From: a virus
Direction: 5' to 3' (one strand)
Length of the DNA stretch: 64,000 nt
Virus record (IMG/VR): IMGVR_UViG_3300034102_001514
Coordinates: 61,806-125,805 of that record
The notes under the pieces are model-generated. The model saw only the letters and a program-made list of their open reading frames with translations. It was not told the DNA's origin and did no database searches. Shown here one piece after another: positions 45,210 to 54,935 of this stretch. Within the stretch, counting starts at the first letter, position 1, and each line of letters starts with the position of its first letter. The translations under genes were made by a program, and so were the position numbers.

Positions 45210-46145
45210 TTAAACTGCGTGTCGTTCTGATTTAGGACACAAATCGTATCGGTCTTTGAAAGGACAAAATCTACAATTCTTATTCTTATCACCGGCTTTT
45301 GCAGGAAATGGTCCATCTTGTCGGTAGACCCCATCAGTATTAAAAGCGGCTGATACAAAGGTATCAAAGTTTGTGGTAATTTCTTTTAGAGTCCGACTAC
45401 CGGCGGCTGGCTTGAATACTTGAACTCGTCTGTCGTAAGCATTCTCACTCAACTTTCGTTTTAATATAAGATACTGAACATCAATTCTATCAATGTCGTA
45501 TCCGTATTGTTCGGAGAAAAACTTCTTATATAAAATCAACTGAGCGGTTTTGGTTTTGTCGGCCTTAGCCCACTTGTTCCAACCACTTGTGGATGTTTTA
45601 ATATCATCAATAATGATACGACCATTTTCAGTATCCTCAAACACAAGGTCAAGGAAACCTTTCATCATCACATTTTCATTATTTGTTGGATAGTAAATTG
45701 GCAACTCAATACCCACCAACTTGATTTTCTTGGTAGAGAAATACACCGAGCGTTTCTTCTTCAAGTAGTCAATAATCTCAACACCATCTTGGTAGAACTC
45801 GTTCATTTGTTCTTTGGTGGTAAACTTTTGACCATAGATAGCCATTGTCTTTTTGTATTCTTTAGCCATCACATCCCTCAACATCGTATGTAGGTCAAGC
45901 TCATTGGCTTTCTTTACGGTTGAAGAATACATCGTATCCAACCAAGTTTGGATGGTTTCGTGCATTGCAGTTCCGAAGATGAGGTGAATGGATGGGTCAT
46001 CAATCTTGTGACCATCCATATAGGTCAACTTCCATTGTTTTGGGCAATTAGCCCACATCGTATATTGTGAATAGGAAACCTTCACATCTCCCTGCTTTTC
46101 TAAATAAACAGGAATTTGAAGTAGTGTTGTCTTTGACTTTTTCAT
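45210..46145 (-). CDS. PD-(D/E)XK nuclease (RecB/Cas4-like)
   Basis: SYSQ...CP, FGTAMHE, GFLDLV, DIKTS, QLILY and C-terminal CRFCPF...C. Confidence 0.88.
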   Translation of the reverse strand: MKKSKTTLLQIPVYLEKQGDVKVSYSQYTMWANCPKQWKLTYMDGHKIDDPSIHLIFGTAMHETIQTWLDTMYSSTVKKANELDLHTMLRDVMAKEYKKTMAIYGQKFTTKEQMNEFYQDGVEIIDYLKKKRSVYFSTKKIKLVGIELPIYYPTNNENVMMKGFLDLVFEDTENGRIIIDDIKTSTSGWNKWAKADKTKTAQLILYKKFFSEQYGYDIDRIDVQYLILKRKLSENAYDRRVQVFKPAAGSRTLKEITTNFDTFVSAAFNTDGVYRQDGPFPAKAGDKNKNCRFCPFKDRYDLCPKSERHAV

Positions 46146-46150
46146 CTATA

Positions 46151-46182
46151 CAAATATACGAAAAAGTTTTTAATTATCCAAA
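46151..46182 (-). promoter_or_regulatory. Bacteroidetes-type sigma70 promoter
   Basis: TTTG-N20-TATATTTG, 5 nt upstream of the ATG at 46145. Confidence 0.7.
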
Positions 46183-46481
46183 CTTTTTATAACTTTTTTT
46201 AGCTCAACTTCAACTTCCCAACTTGGTCTGCGTTCACGAACATACTTTAAAATACCCATAGCTACATCATTGAACTTTTCATCAGTTACGATGTAAGTCA
46301 TTTCACGAACAATTTTACCACCATCGTATGCAATTTCCAAAGCACCCATTTGAGCGCAGAGTTCACCTTTGTAGTAAATATCAGTTCCTTGATAAGTAAA
46401 GTCTTTCGTAGAAACATTAACAAGTGAAAGTGTAGAGCAAGAACTTAAAAACAAAATACTTGCAAGAAAAACATTTTTCAT
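46170..46481 (-). CDS. putative lipoprotein
   Basis: MKNVFLASILFLSSC lipobox. Confidence 0.65.
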   Translation of the reverse strand: MKNVFLASILFLSSCSTLSLVNVSTKDFTYQGTDIYYKGELCAQMGALEIAYDGGKIVREMTYIVTDEKFNDVAMGILKYVRERRPSWEVEVELKKVIKSLDN

Positions 46482-46900
46482 TATTTTCCCCACTTGCCGC
46501 GTTGAACAATCTGAGCGATAATTCCGTAGACCGAAAGGTCTTCGTATGTATCTTGGATTGACTCACCAACCTCATCTGGCTGACCCAATACAACCATCTG
46601 CTTCAAACGATTAACTTTATCGTTAATACGGAACCACAGCCCGGTCAAAGACAATCTAACCTCATCTTGGGTTTGAAGTGATGTTCCTACGGAGATATTA
46701 CCTGGTCCGTAGTTTCTCTGCTTTTTACAAAAAGTAAGATACATCTCATCCAAAATGTTTTTGAACTCTTCGGTGGTTTGCGGGTAGTTTTCTTCACAAT
46801 ATGTAACCGCAGATTGTTCTTTGGACCCACCATAGGTAGGGCGTTCTTCTTCACCAACCCACTCTATTTTGGTTTTTGCTTCTTTAATCATTTTAGCCAT
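46481..46900 (-). CDS. DUF1599 / nucleotide-modification-associated domain 1 protein
   Basis: KKQRNYG, RINDKVNRL and ESIQDTYEDLSVYGII. Confidence 0.8.
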   Translation of the reverse strand: MAKMIKEAKTKIEWVGEEERPTYGGSKEQSAVTYCEENYPQTTEEFKNILDEMYLTFCKKQRNYGPGNISVGTSLQTQDEVRLSLTGLWFRINDKVNRLKQMVVLGQPDEVGESIQDTYEDLSVYGIIAQIVQRGKWGK

Positions 46901-47343
46901 TTATCTATTTCTTTTGGGTCAACCCCATATTTAACAATTATTGATTTGATTTCATCCTTGGTAAGAATATCAAGGTAATCCAAAACTTCACGAGATGATA
47001 CTTCATAGTATTTACAAAAATACTGAATTACATTTTCATGCCACTTATCTTCGGACTTACCTTTGATATACTTGTTGAATGATTTTTTCTTTGGTAGAAT
47101 ATCCAAGTAAAACTTGTAAACCTCTCGTGGGGTTAGCTGTCCGTTGGTGTATTGATTTACAATGTTTACAATTTCAACATTATCAGCACCCATAGACAAA
47201 AATCTATTAACCATATAGGTTTCAAAAGATTTCTTATCCATCGCAGACAAGCTCTCCCACGGAGTTTTAAGGTGAGTAATACCACTCAAGTGGTCAAATA
47301 ACCCCTTGGCTTTTACTACACCTTCATCACTTTTCTTCACCAC
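46888..47343 (-). CDS. clamp loader small subunit (T4 gp62-like)
   Basis: LFDHLSGI, YMVNRFLSM and LPKKKSFNKYIK. Next to the gp44-like gene. Likely GTG start near 47340-47343. Confidence 0.78.
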   Translation of the reverse strand: MVKKSDEGVVKAKGLFDHLSGITHLKTPWESLSAMDKKSFETYMVNRFLSMGADNVEIVNIVNQYTNGQLTPREVYKFYLDILPKKKSFNKYIKGKSEDKWHENVIQYFCKYYEVSSREVLDYLDILTKDEIKSIIVKYGVDPKEIDKWLK

Positions 47344-47608
47344 CTTCAAAAAACTCTTTTGGAGTAAACTTTGGGTGAACAGTTCCACATTCATTACACA
47401 CAACCACAGGGATTGGTAACATTGATTGTTGACCATTGGGAGACATTACCGCTGGGATTTCTTTAAACATAGTCACTTCCGTGAAGAAAATACCTTCACA
47501 ATTCGGACAAGTTACTGTTTTGAGTTTAAAGGGGTCAACATTTAATTTTGGTGCTTGTTGAGTTGGTTGTTGTTTACCACCCATTGGAATTACTTTACCT
47601 TTTGCCAT
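47327..47608 (-). CDS. Zn-ribbon protein
   Basis: CPNC...CNECG. Confidence 0.75.
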   Translation of the reverse strand: MAKGKVIPMGGKQQPTQQAPKLNVDPFKLKTVTCPNCEGIFFTEVTMFKEIPAVMSPNGQQSMLPIPVVVCNECGTVHPKFTPKEFFEGGEEK

Positions 47609-47609
47609 T

Positions 47610-48524
47610 TTAGATACTTGTTATAATATTTAACATCATCGCCATTACATTGATTTCTTTATCAACGACCATTGCGTCTTTATACTGACCATCCGCGATG
47701 TTTAAGATGGTTTGTCCTACTTTACCTTTCCCATAGTCATCTACTCTATCGTAAAGGGTTCTATACAAAGGTTCAAAGCTTTTAACACCTGAATCAGCAA
47801 TAATTTGTCTGACATTAGTGAACTTTGTTTTTGCGTCATTATTAGACATCAATTCTTGCACTACTTTTTCGGTGTAATTTGCTTCAAGAGTTGATTGTTT
47901 ATCAATCACCAATTTTCCGTTGATGACTTGTCGTTGAGCTGCGTTTAAAACTCTACGAATGTCCGGATATCCACTATTAACAGTAAAAGCAAGGTCTGAC
48001 ATTTCAAACTCAATACCTTCGGCTGTTAGAATATCATTCAATCGTTTTGCAACATCCTTTTTAGATGGTGGGGTAATTGCAAATGTTTGGCAACGAGATT
48101 GGATGGGGTCAATTACTTTTTCAACAAAATTACAAGTTAAGATAAAACGAGTAGATGCTGAAAATGTTTCCATCAAATTACGCAGAGCTGCTTGAGCATT
48201 AGGAGTCAAATAATCAGCCTCATCCAAGATAATAACCTTCCACTTTCTAAAACCCATAGATGATGCAAATCCACGAATTTTATCACGAACTGCGTCTACG
48301 GAGTTTTCATCGGAAGCGTTAATATACATCAAATCACAATCAATCTGATTTGTAATAATTTTAGCCAATGTAGTTTTACCCGTACCGGCTTGACCATACA
48401 ATAAGAGGTGAGGGACATCTTCGTTTTGAATATAAATCTTTACCTTTTCAAGGATGTGTTCGTTTCCTACATATCCTTCTAATGTATCTGGTCGGTATTT
48501 TTCAACCCATAGTGAATTACTCAT
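47610..48524 (-). CDS. clamp loader large subunit (RFC / T4 gp44-like)
   Basis: LWVEKYRP, GQAGTGKTT, INASD, ILDEAD and IQSRC. Confidence 0.95.
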   Translation of the reverse strand: MSNSLWVEKYRPDTLEGYVGNEHILEKVKIYIQNEDVPHLLLYGQAGTGKTTLAKIITNQIDCDLMYINASDENSVDAVRDKIRGFASSMGFRKWKVIILDEADYLTPNAQAALRNLMETFSASTRFILTCNFVEKVIDPIQSRCQTFAITPPSKKDVAKRLNDILTAEGIEFEMSDLAFTVNSGYPDIRRVLNAAQRQVINGKLVIDKQSTLEANYTEKVVQELMSNNDAKTKFTNVRQIIADSGVKSFEPLYRTLYDRVDDYGKGKVGQTILNIADGQYKDAMVVDKEINVMAMMLNIITSI

Positions 48525-49708
48525 CTTCCTACTTCTTTTAAATATTTTTCTTTACAATCTTCCCACGACATACCAATGATATCAAGATAAAACAATGACT
48601 CTGGCTTGATACGACCCTCTTCGTGGAGTTTTTCGTATCGTTTGATTGCCTTTGGCTTCCACCACTTCATTGTGTATTCATCACTATCAACAAACTTATC
48701 CTTCATTATCAGTTGGTCTTCAGCAATCTCATTACGGAGAAACTCATTACCATTCTCATACATTTGGGCGAAATACACACCTCGTTTGAATCCGTGTTGG
48801 TAGTGAGAACCTTTTAACCCAAGTTCTTTGAAAATCATATTGATGACTTTCTGCTTTACTCCGGTTGCGGGTCCATCTACACCTTCTTTTTCAGCAGTTT
48901 GAATAGCGTACTGTTCGGATTTGTTTTCTTTAATCCAATGGTGCCAAGGTTCATAAACTGAATCATCTGGCTTTGTAGCTACCTTACCTGCGGATTCTCC
49001 CAAAGTTTTGAAGTGGGGGATACCATTATATTGAGAGTGAATACCATACAAAGAAGTGGTTCCAACTGCAATCAAAGTTTGTCCGTATTTTTCTTTCCAA
49101 TGTTTACGAACTACCTCTGATGTAGCCATACAAGCAATCAACTTACCACCCAAAAAATTGTATCCCAAAGGTTGGGTGCAGACAATTGTGGATGCGATAG
49201 TAGTATGATTCAACTTACCATCTTTGTATTTGTTGTCTTGGGTCCACCCAATGTATTTATCACGAACTCCCAATGATGTGACATCTGAAGCCAAGGAAAT
49301 CATTCCAAGTATTTTACCACTAACCCTATCTTTAATGTAAATCTTTACATTCCGACCAGGATTAGCATCAAAGGACATCGTATGAATTAGTTTTCGGATT
49401 TCAGTCCAGCGAGTAGATTCTTTTGCATCATCAACAATTTCTACATAAGGTTCAAGCGCTTCAATTTCTTTGATTGTTTGTTCCTTATTTTGAATGTCTT
49501 TCGGCATCCAAAGAGCATCGTAGTGAAGCGCCAGACCTGCTTTTCTCTTCATAGAGGTAGCCAAGTCATAGTTCCACTCCTGCCACTTTTTGTAAAGTGT
49601 TTGTTCTTCTACGGACATAGAAGAAAGGTAGTCCATATTTTCAATGAACTTACCCTTTTCTACATCATAGTCAAACGCAGGTTTCGCTGGTTCAGTATCC
49701 CAAAACAT
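48521..49708 (-). CDS. DUF4338 / DruA-like protein
   Basis: RDKYIGW, QPLGYNFLGGKLIA and TTSLYG..SQYN. Confidence 0.75.
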   Translation of the reverse strand: MFWDTEPAKPAFDYDVEKGKFIENMDYLSSMSVEEQTLYKKWQEWNYDLATSMKRKAGLALHYDALWMPKDIQNKEQTIKEIEALEPYVEIVDDAKESTRWTEIRKLIHTMSFDANPGRNVKIYIKDRVSGKILGMISLASDVTSLGVRDKYIGWTQDNKYKDGKLNHTTIASTIVCTQPLGYNFLGGKLIACMATSEVVRKHWKEKYGQTLIAVGTTSLYGIHSQYNGIPHFKTLGESAGKVATKPDDSVYEPWHHWIKENKSEQYAIQTAEKEGVDGPATGVKQKVINMIFKELGLKGSHYQHGFKRGVYFAQMYENGNEFLRNEIAEDQLIMKDKFVDSDEYTMKWWKPKAIKRYEKLHEEGRIKPESLFYLDIIGMSWEDCKEKYLKEVGR

Positions 49709-50409
49709 TACTTTACTTCTACGAGGTAGTAAGATGATTTGTATCCTTCGTGTTCAAAAGAAACCGAAGCAAGACCTTGTGATGATACCTTCATAGAAGA
49801 TGCTTTAGCACCACGATTTGCGTTCAAGATTTCTTTCAAGTATTTAGCAGAGAATGAAATAGGTTGAACATCACTTTCACAAACACAATCTACATTGATA
49901 GAGATTCGGTTAGAGTTGATTTTAGAATAACCCAATACAATCTTACCTGCGTTTGATTCACCACTACAAGTAAATGTAAAGGTATCCGAATCACTCAAAG
50001 CACCCTTTGATTTAATAAAGGTTCCAATGAATGCTTCATCCAAAGTGATGGTAGCATTAAAGTTGGGGAGTTGCTTGAGTTCTGGAACTGCTGGGATTAC
50101 TGACAATTCAGCCAACACATAGTTTACCGAAGTTTTAGTGTCTGAAAATACCAATGAACTTTCATTAGATTTTACATCAACACTTGCGTCAAGAACCCCC
50201 AACAAACCTTTTAGTTGTGAAGTAGTGTAGATACCAAATTCTCCGTTAGGGAATGTTTTATCTTCACTTTCTACAACACCCAAAAGGGTTTTGTCATCGG
50301 AGATGAATCGGACTGATAGTCCTTCATCAGTTGAGACCACTTTAACGGATTCAACTTCACCGCCAAGATTATAACGAGAGACAAATCCCTCAAATGAACT
50401 TTTTTTCAT
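49708..50409 (-). CDS. sliding clamp (T4 gp45-like)
   Basis: 233 aa. EFGIYTTSQL, FSAKYLKEIL and VSSQGLASVSF...YYLV. Between PolB and the clamp loader. Confidence 0.82.
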   Translation of the reverse strand: MKKSSFEGFVSRYNLGGEVESVKVVSTDEGLSVRFISDDKTLLGVVESEDKTFPNGEFGIYTTSQLKGLLGVLDASVDVKSNESSLVFSDTKTSVNYVLAELSVIPAVPELKQLPNFNATITLDEAFIGTFIKSKGALSDSDTFTFTCSGESNAGKIVLGYSKINSNRISINVDCVCESDVQPISFSAKYLKEILNANRGAKASSMKVSSQGLASVSFEHEGYKSSYYLVEVK

Positions 50410-50431
50410 GTTTTTTTATTTTTTATTTATA

Positions 50432-50463
50432 CTAATATACGAAATAATTTTGAATTATCCAAA
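50432..50463 (-). promoter_or_regulatory. Bacteroidetes-type sigma70 promoter
   Basis: TTTG-N20-TATATTAG. Confidence 0.65.
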
Positions 50464-51069
50464 CCATTGGTTAATTTTTTGTTTTCTTTTTTTAAATCGG
50501 TAAATGTAAATGTTCTTTGTAAGGGTTTCCACATACTGAGCACTTCCATCATCCAATGCATTTTTCAATTCAATAGCAACGGGTTTTAATTTCCCATTGT
50601 GTTTGTTTCTTAAAGTTTTGCCGTGATACCTACGACCATTCCACATAATAACTCTTCCCGTTGATGTTTCACCCATACACTCAAAATTTGTAGCTTTATA
50701 AACCACCCCCTCGTGTCCAAATGTTTTATCAGCGTATGAGATTATCATTTCTAAATCAGTATTTCGTTGTAACCACCGAAGTGTCCAACCTATAAAATAC
50801 GATTCGGTATTTTTTGGAGTATCATCAATACACACCAATCTTTTTAGTTCTAAAATCTTGGATGGATTTTTGGGGTTATATTTTTCAGCAACCCCAAGCA
50901 TACCCAACGACCCATACACCATAGCACCAATCATAGTATCACCATCCATCAACTTAAAACAATATGAAATGTGTAATCCATTCATATTTTTTGAATAGTG
51001 ATGGGTTTCCACGAAATCTACAATTTCACTCCGTGGGCAAGGTTCTACTATGTAGTTGGTTACGCTCAT
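50455..51069 (-). CDS. Mom-like (GNAT-fold) DNA modification protein, paralog 1
   Basis: HHYS, LELKRL, NTESYFIG and ISYADKTFGHEGVVYKATNF. Confidence 0.8.
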   Translation of the reverse strand: MSVTNYIVEPCPRSEIVDFVETHHYSKNMNGLHISYCFKLMDGDTMIGAMVYGSLGMLGVAEKYNPKNPSKILELKRLVCIDDTPKNTESYFIGWTLRWLQRNTDLEMIISYADKTFGHEGVVYKATNFECMGETSTGRVIMWNGRRYHGKTLRNKHNGKLKPVAIELKNALDDGSAQYVETLTKNIYIYRFKKRKQKINQWFG

Positions 51070-51272
51070 TAATTTCTTCGCTCGTGGAATTCATCATGCA
51101 GCATTTCATTGATTTTTTCAATGGTATATGCATTTTGTAAAACTGAATCTAACACATCATATGCCTCATCCTCTGAAATATCACCAAGGTGGTGAACATC
51201 ATCGGTGTGCCAGAGATTATCTACATAATAGCCATTCTCCTTCAATACTTGTTTTGCTTGTTCAATAGTCAT
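51069..51272 (-). CDS. small acidic hypothetical protein
   Basis: MTIEQAKQVLKENGYYVDNLWH, directly after a promoter. Confidence 0.7.
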   Translation of the reverse strand: MTIEQAKQVLKENGYYVDNLWHTDDVHHLGDISEDEAYDVLDSVLQNAYTIEKINEMLHDEFHERRN

Positions 51273-51276
51273 AATA

Positions 51277-51308
51277 CAAATATACAAAAAATAAAATTAA
51301 AATCCAAA
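51277..51308 (-). promoter_or_regulatory. Bacteroidetes-type sigma70 promoter
   Basis: TTTG-N20-TATATTTG. Confidence 0.7.
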
Positions 51309-53816
51309 AAATTGTGATGCTTTTAAAAGATTAGGATTTGGTTTATCCCAATTCATTGCATCGTAAAAATCATCAAGTTTGTTTTCCAAATCTTGTTTCC
51401 ATATTTTATTATAGTCAATGTATTGTTGAACAAACTGATTGATTTGGGGTGGGTCATTATGACCTGTAAATGCGGTGGTTTCTAAACCAAGTGGATTCTT
51501 TTTCAAGTAAACCCACTTAATCTTATCACCATCCTTCATAGGTTCATACTTGTAAGGAGCGTTATAGTGTTTCAATAATCTATTATAAGTTATAGCAGCT
51601 TTAACATGCGCTGGGGTTCCTTTTTCAAATTCACCCAATGCGTATTCCTTACGAGATTTTACATACTTGGACATATCCTTCACAGCAGAGTTCTTTGCAA
51701 TATCCGTAAAGTTTTGGTCCGACATTTTTTCTTTGAATTTGATGAGTTTATCATCAATTATAGATTTATCAACACCTTTTAGAATATCCAACAAAACAGT
51801 CTCCATCACCTTCTTAAAGTAAGTTGGGAATGATGACCTACGAACATCCAATCCCTTTACATCCATTTTATCACAAGGAACTGTATTGTCGTTGATAATC
51901 CATTGTGCGTATCTTTTCTTTGATACCCAAAACCCACCCTTTGCGATGGTTTCTTGTTTGATATCAAATCGGTGAGAGTCCACATTGAATAACTTTTTAG
52001 ACATTGTGTCGTAGACCTTGTTGATGTGGGCTTGAACCTCTTGAGCAACTGATAAAATCGCAGGAACCATTTGTTCATCAGACTCCACATCAATTTGTGG
52101 GTTTCTTGCTTTTACAAGCGGAGCTGCCTGATAGAATACGGAATCAGTATCGGTATACACATTGTAGTCATCCTCTTTACCAATGATACTTTTGTAGTAT
52201 TGGTTAGCAATCATCTCCGTGGTCTTGATTACCGTCTGACCTGTAATTGTGGTGGCTTCCGCATTATCCACATCATAAAATCTGAATGATGGTAGACCTA
52301 ATACTCCATAAAGGGAGTTCAACATAATCTTTTGAACCAACTGGCGTTGAGAATAAAACTTGTAAAGTTCATCATTACCCGCATTACCATGCTTTTTCAT
52401 CAAGTCTTTATACTCAACTCGTTTGTCAAACCAAACATTTAAGATTTCAGGTATTACACCAACTCTATCTTGGGTATACAATACACCATTTGATGATAGT
52501 GAATAGTTTGATTCCGTAATAAGTTTTTGGAATTCATCACGGGTCATTGGTGGAAACTCTACGCCAGAATCATCTACAATTGAATATGTATCAATTTTGT
52601 TTTTCATATAATCCTCCGAAGAGAAAGATTTGAGTTTACCAATCTTGGTTTCTGGCGACACATTCAAGGTCATAATAATGGATGGATACAGCGATGTTAA
52701 GTCCAAGTCATATACCCATTTGTAAAGACCAGGTTTGGGTTCTTTCACATATGCGCCGGTGAACTTACCTTCACCATCCGACCCATCTTCGTTTTTGTCT
52801 GCTCTTCGTGGTTTGTCTGGCGCGACACGATTACTTCTACGCAAGAAAGTTAAGATAGCACCTTCCAACCACTTTGATGAGAATAGGAAATCTTCATAAA
52901 ATACGTGCCCTGCGTGACAAATCGCCTGAGCCAATTCAATGAATTGAAGTTTTCTATCCATTTCAACAACCAACTCCACATCCACCAAGTTATACTCAAT
53001 GAACTTTTCCAAGTCATCTCGGAACAATTGGTCAAGATTACCTTTGTATTCAATCTTACCCCTACCCAATACAATATTAGCAATGGTATCCAATCGGTAG
53101 TTTGGGAATTCTTGGTAGGTAAAGTTTTTGTAAAGAGCAAGGTAGTCTAAACAACTTACTCCCGCGATAATATAACGATTACGATATTTGTTGTATCCAA
53201 TCTTACCAATGGGAGAAAGTTTACTAGCCATTCTCTCACCCAACACATTCTTTAAACGATTATATAAGTAGGTGACATCAAAGTAATCAATGTTCCAACC
53301 CGTAACGATTGTTGGGTTGATTTCTTGCCATTTGTTTAGGAATGCTTCAAGTAGGTCAGCTTCAGTTTTAAACGAACGAACCTCTGCTCCTTTGATGGTT
53401 TTATCAACATAATTGTCTGATACAACATATACGAAATAGTCGTTGGTTACCGAATCGTGACCTGCAATTGAAGTGATTGCATTACCTGCTTTATCAATGT
53501 CCGGCAGACCCGTATTCATCTCAACCTCAATGTCAAAGGTTAGAGTGGTATGACCGGTTGATACCTCATCTGAATCACCATATTGGTCAATCAGAAAACG
53601 AGTCATTTCGTTTACATCACTTTCGTAAAGTTTAAGATTATCCTCTTGTTTCCAAAAGTTTATCTTTTTAAGACGCTCTCCGTGAATAGAAGTAAAAGAA
53701 CCATTCCCATCTCTAACATAAGCATATCTACGGTACTTACTTGTAAAATAACCTTTTTGGTCATCCCAACAATGGATGATACCATTTTCTTTTTCATAGT
53801 ATACATTTTGATACAT
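51297..53816 (-). CDS. family B DNA polymerase (T4 gp43-like)
   Basis: Exonuclease FDIEV, GWNIDYFD and YNLVDV. Polymerase DLTSLYPS, KIMLNSLYG and YTDTDS. No intein or intron seen. Confidence 0.97.
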   Translation of the reverse strand: MYQNVYYEKENGIIHCWDDQKGYFTSKYRRYAYVRDGNGSFTSIHGERLKKINFWKQEDNLKLYESDVNEMTRFLIDQYGDSDEVSTGHTTLTFDIEVEMNTGLPDIDKAGNAITSIAGHDSVTNDYFVYVVSDNYVDKTIKGAEVRSFKTEADLLEAFLNKWQEINPTIVTGWNIDYFDVTYLYNRLKNVLGERMASKLSPIGKIGYNKYRNRYIIAGVSCLDYLALYKNFTYQEFPNYRLDTIANIVLGRGKIEYKGNLDQLFRDDLEKFIEYNLVDVELVVEMDRKLQFIELAQAICHAGHVFYEDFLFSSKWLEGAILTFLRRSNRVAPDKPRRADKNEDGSDGEGKFTGAYVKEPKPGLYKWVYDLDLTSLYPSIIMTLNVSPETKIGKLKSFSSEDYMKNKIDTYSIVDDSGVEFPPMTRDEFQKLITESNYSLSSNGVLYTQDRVGVIPEILNVWFDKRVEYKDLMKKHGNAGNDELYKFYSQRQLVQKIMLNSLYGVLGLPSFRFYDVDNAEATTITGQTVIKTTEMIANQYYKSIIGKEDDYNVYTDTDSVFYQAAPLVKARNPQIDVESDEQMVPAILSVAQEVQAHINKVYDTMSKKLFNVDSHRFDIKQETIAKGGFWVSKKRYAQWIINDNTVPCDKMDVKGLDVRRSSFPTYFKKVMETVLLDILKGVDKSIIDDKLIKFKEKMSDQNFTDIAKNSAVKDMSKYVKSRKEYALGEFEKGTPAHVKAAITYNRLLKHYNAPYKYEPMKDGDKIKWVYLKKNPLGLETTAFTGHNDPPQINQFVQQYIDYNKIWKQDLENKLDDFYDAMNWDKPNPNLLKASQFFGF

Positions 53817-54934
53817 TAATTAAAATTTTTTCGTGCGGTATTAACAAAGTTTTCTTCTACATTCCAACTTTTTAATTGGTGTTCCCAAAGTAAGGATTCT
53901 GCAATATGTGTTACATCAGGACGTTCAATATCACCATCCAATAATTTTATTACCATTTCTTTAAATTCATTTTTACCATTGTAAAGTAGTGGATAATCAG
54001 TACCTACCATTTCAGGATAACAAAAGTCATTTGGTAGTAAATATGGAACACCTCTACTTAACCCATCAGTTGCTGACATAGACCACGCAGAATATCCTTG
54101 GAATGTACCTACACCAAAATGTGCTTTTGACATTTGGTTCATATACACATCTCTATCGGCGTGTCCAATGTATTTTGTATATGGTTTACCCATTTCTTTT
54201 AATGTGGTCCATACTTGGAAATCTTTACGAGTTTCCCATAACTCATCCATTACCTCAAAGAAGAATTCCGAACCTGTATACACACCCCATCTATGATTAT
54301 ACAAAATAGTTTTGGGTTCGTATGTAGATGTTGGAGTTGCTGAATCACAACCCAAATACCAAGGTTGAATGATTTGTTCTAATTGTTCAATGATATGTGG
54401 TTGAAATGATTCCGATGCACGTTTAATTACTAAATCTTTTACCCATTGTGAGTTTACACCACAAACTTTCATTTCCAACATACCTTTGATATTTCTCCAA
54501 AAAGAATTATCATCTCTAGCACCATTATCTTTAATTTCCCACCAATGGCAATATCCAATAATAGGTTGAGTTTTATTGTAGATACGAGTAATCTTATATT
54601 CGTTAGTCCATTCGGGTAGGTGTGACCATATTAGGTTAAATTCACCCTTATATTTGTCAATAATCCTCTCAAAAAACTTATGTGGGTAATCTACCCTCAT
54701 CTTTGGTGGAAAGCAATCCAATCCATCCATTTTAAGCAATTGAACATTTGGATATTCAAATTGATTGATTATACCAGGGTGGTTATTCAAATCAGGATAT
54801 GGTAGAATCCACTCCCAATCTTTTCCGATTTGTGTATTATCTAAAAAGGACTTGAACACCAATAGGAACGAATCCCTATTGATGTCTTTAACAGCCCCAA
54901 AGTTTGTATAATTTGGTATTACTAAAACTCTCAT
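53816..54934 (-). CDS. GT-B glycosyltransferase adjacent to DNA polymerase
   Basis: WSHLPE, YCHWWE, YNHR and WSMSATDGLSRGVPYLLP..CYPEM. Stop overlaps the polB start. Confidence 0.7.
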   Translation of the reverse strand: MRVLVIPNYTNFGAVKDINRDSFLLVFKSFLDNTQIGKDWEWILPYPDLNNHPGIINQFEYPNVQLLKMDGLDCFPPKMRVDYPHKFFERIIDKYKGEFNLIWSHLPEWTNEYKITRIYNKTQPIIGYCHWWEIKDNGARDDNSFWRNIKGMLEMKVCGVNSQWVKDLVIKRASESFQPHIIEQLEQIIQPWYLGCDSATPTSTYEPKTILYNHRWGVYTGSEFFFEVMDELWETRKDFQVWTTLKEMGKPYTKYIGHADRDVYMNQMSKAHFGVGTFQGYSAWSMSATDGLSRGVPYLLPNDFCYPEMVGTDYPLLYNGKNEFKEMVIKLLDGDIERPDVTHIAESLLWEHQLKSWNVEENFVNTARKNFN

Positions 54935-54935
54935 A

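Noticed and set aside
45210-46145. Cas4-like nuclease as evidence of a CRISPR-Cas system
   Set aside because: Stand-alone PD-(D/E)XK exonucleases are common in phage replication modules. No array or other cas genes are in the window.
48521-49708. Complete Druantia defence system
   Set aside because: Only a DruA-like gene is present. There are no DruE helicase or DruB-D-like neighbours.
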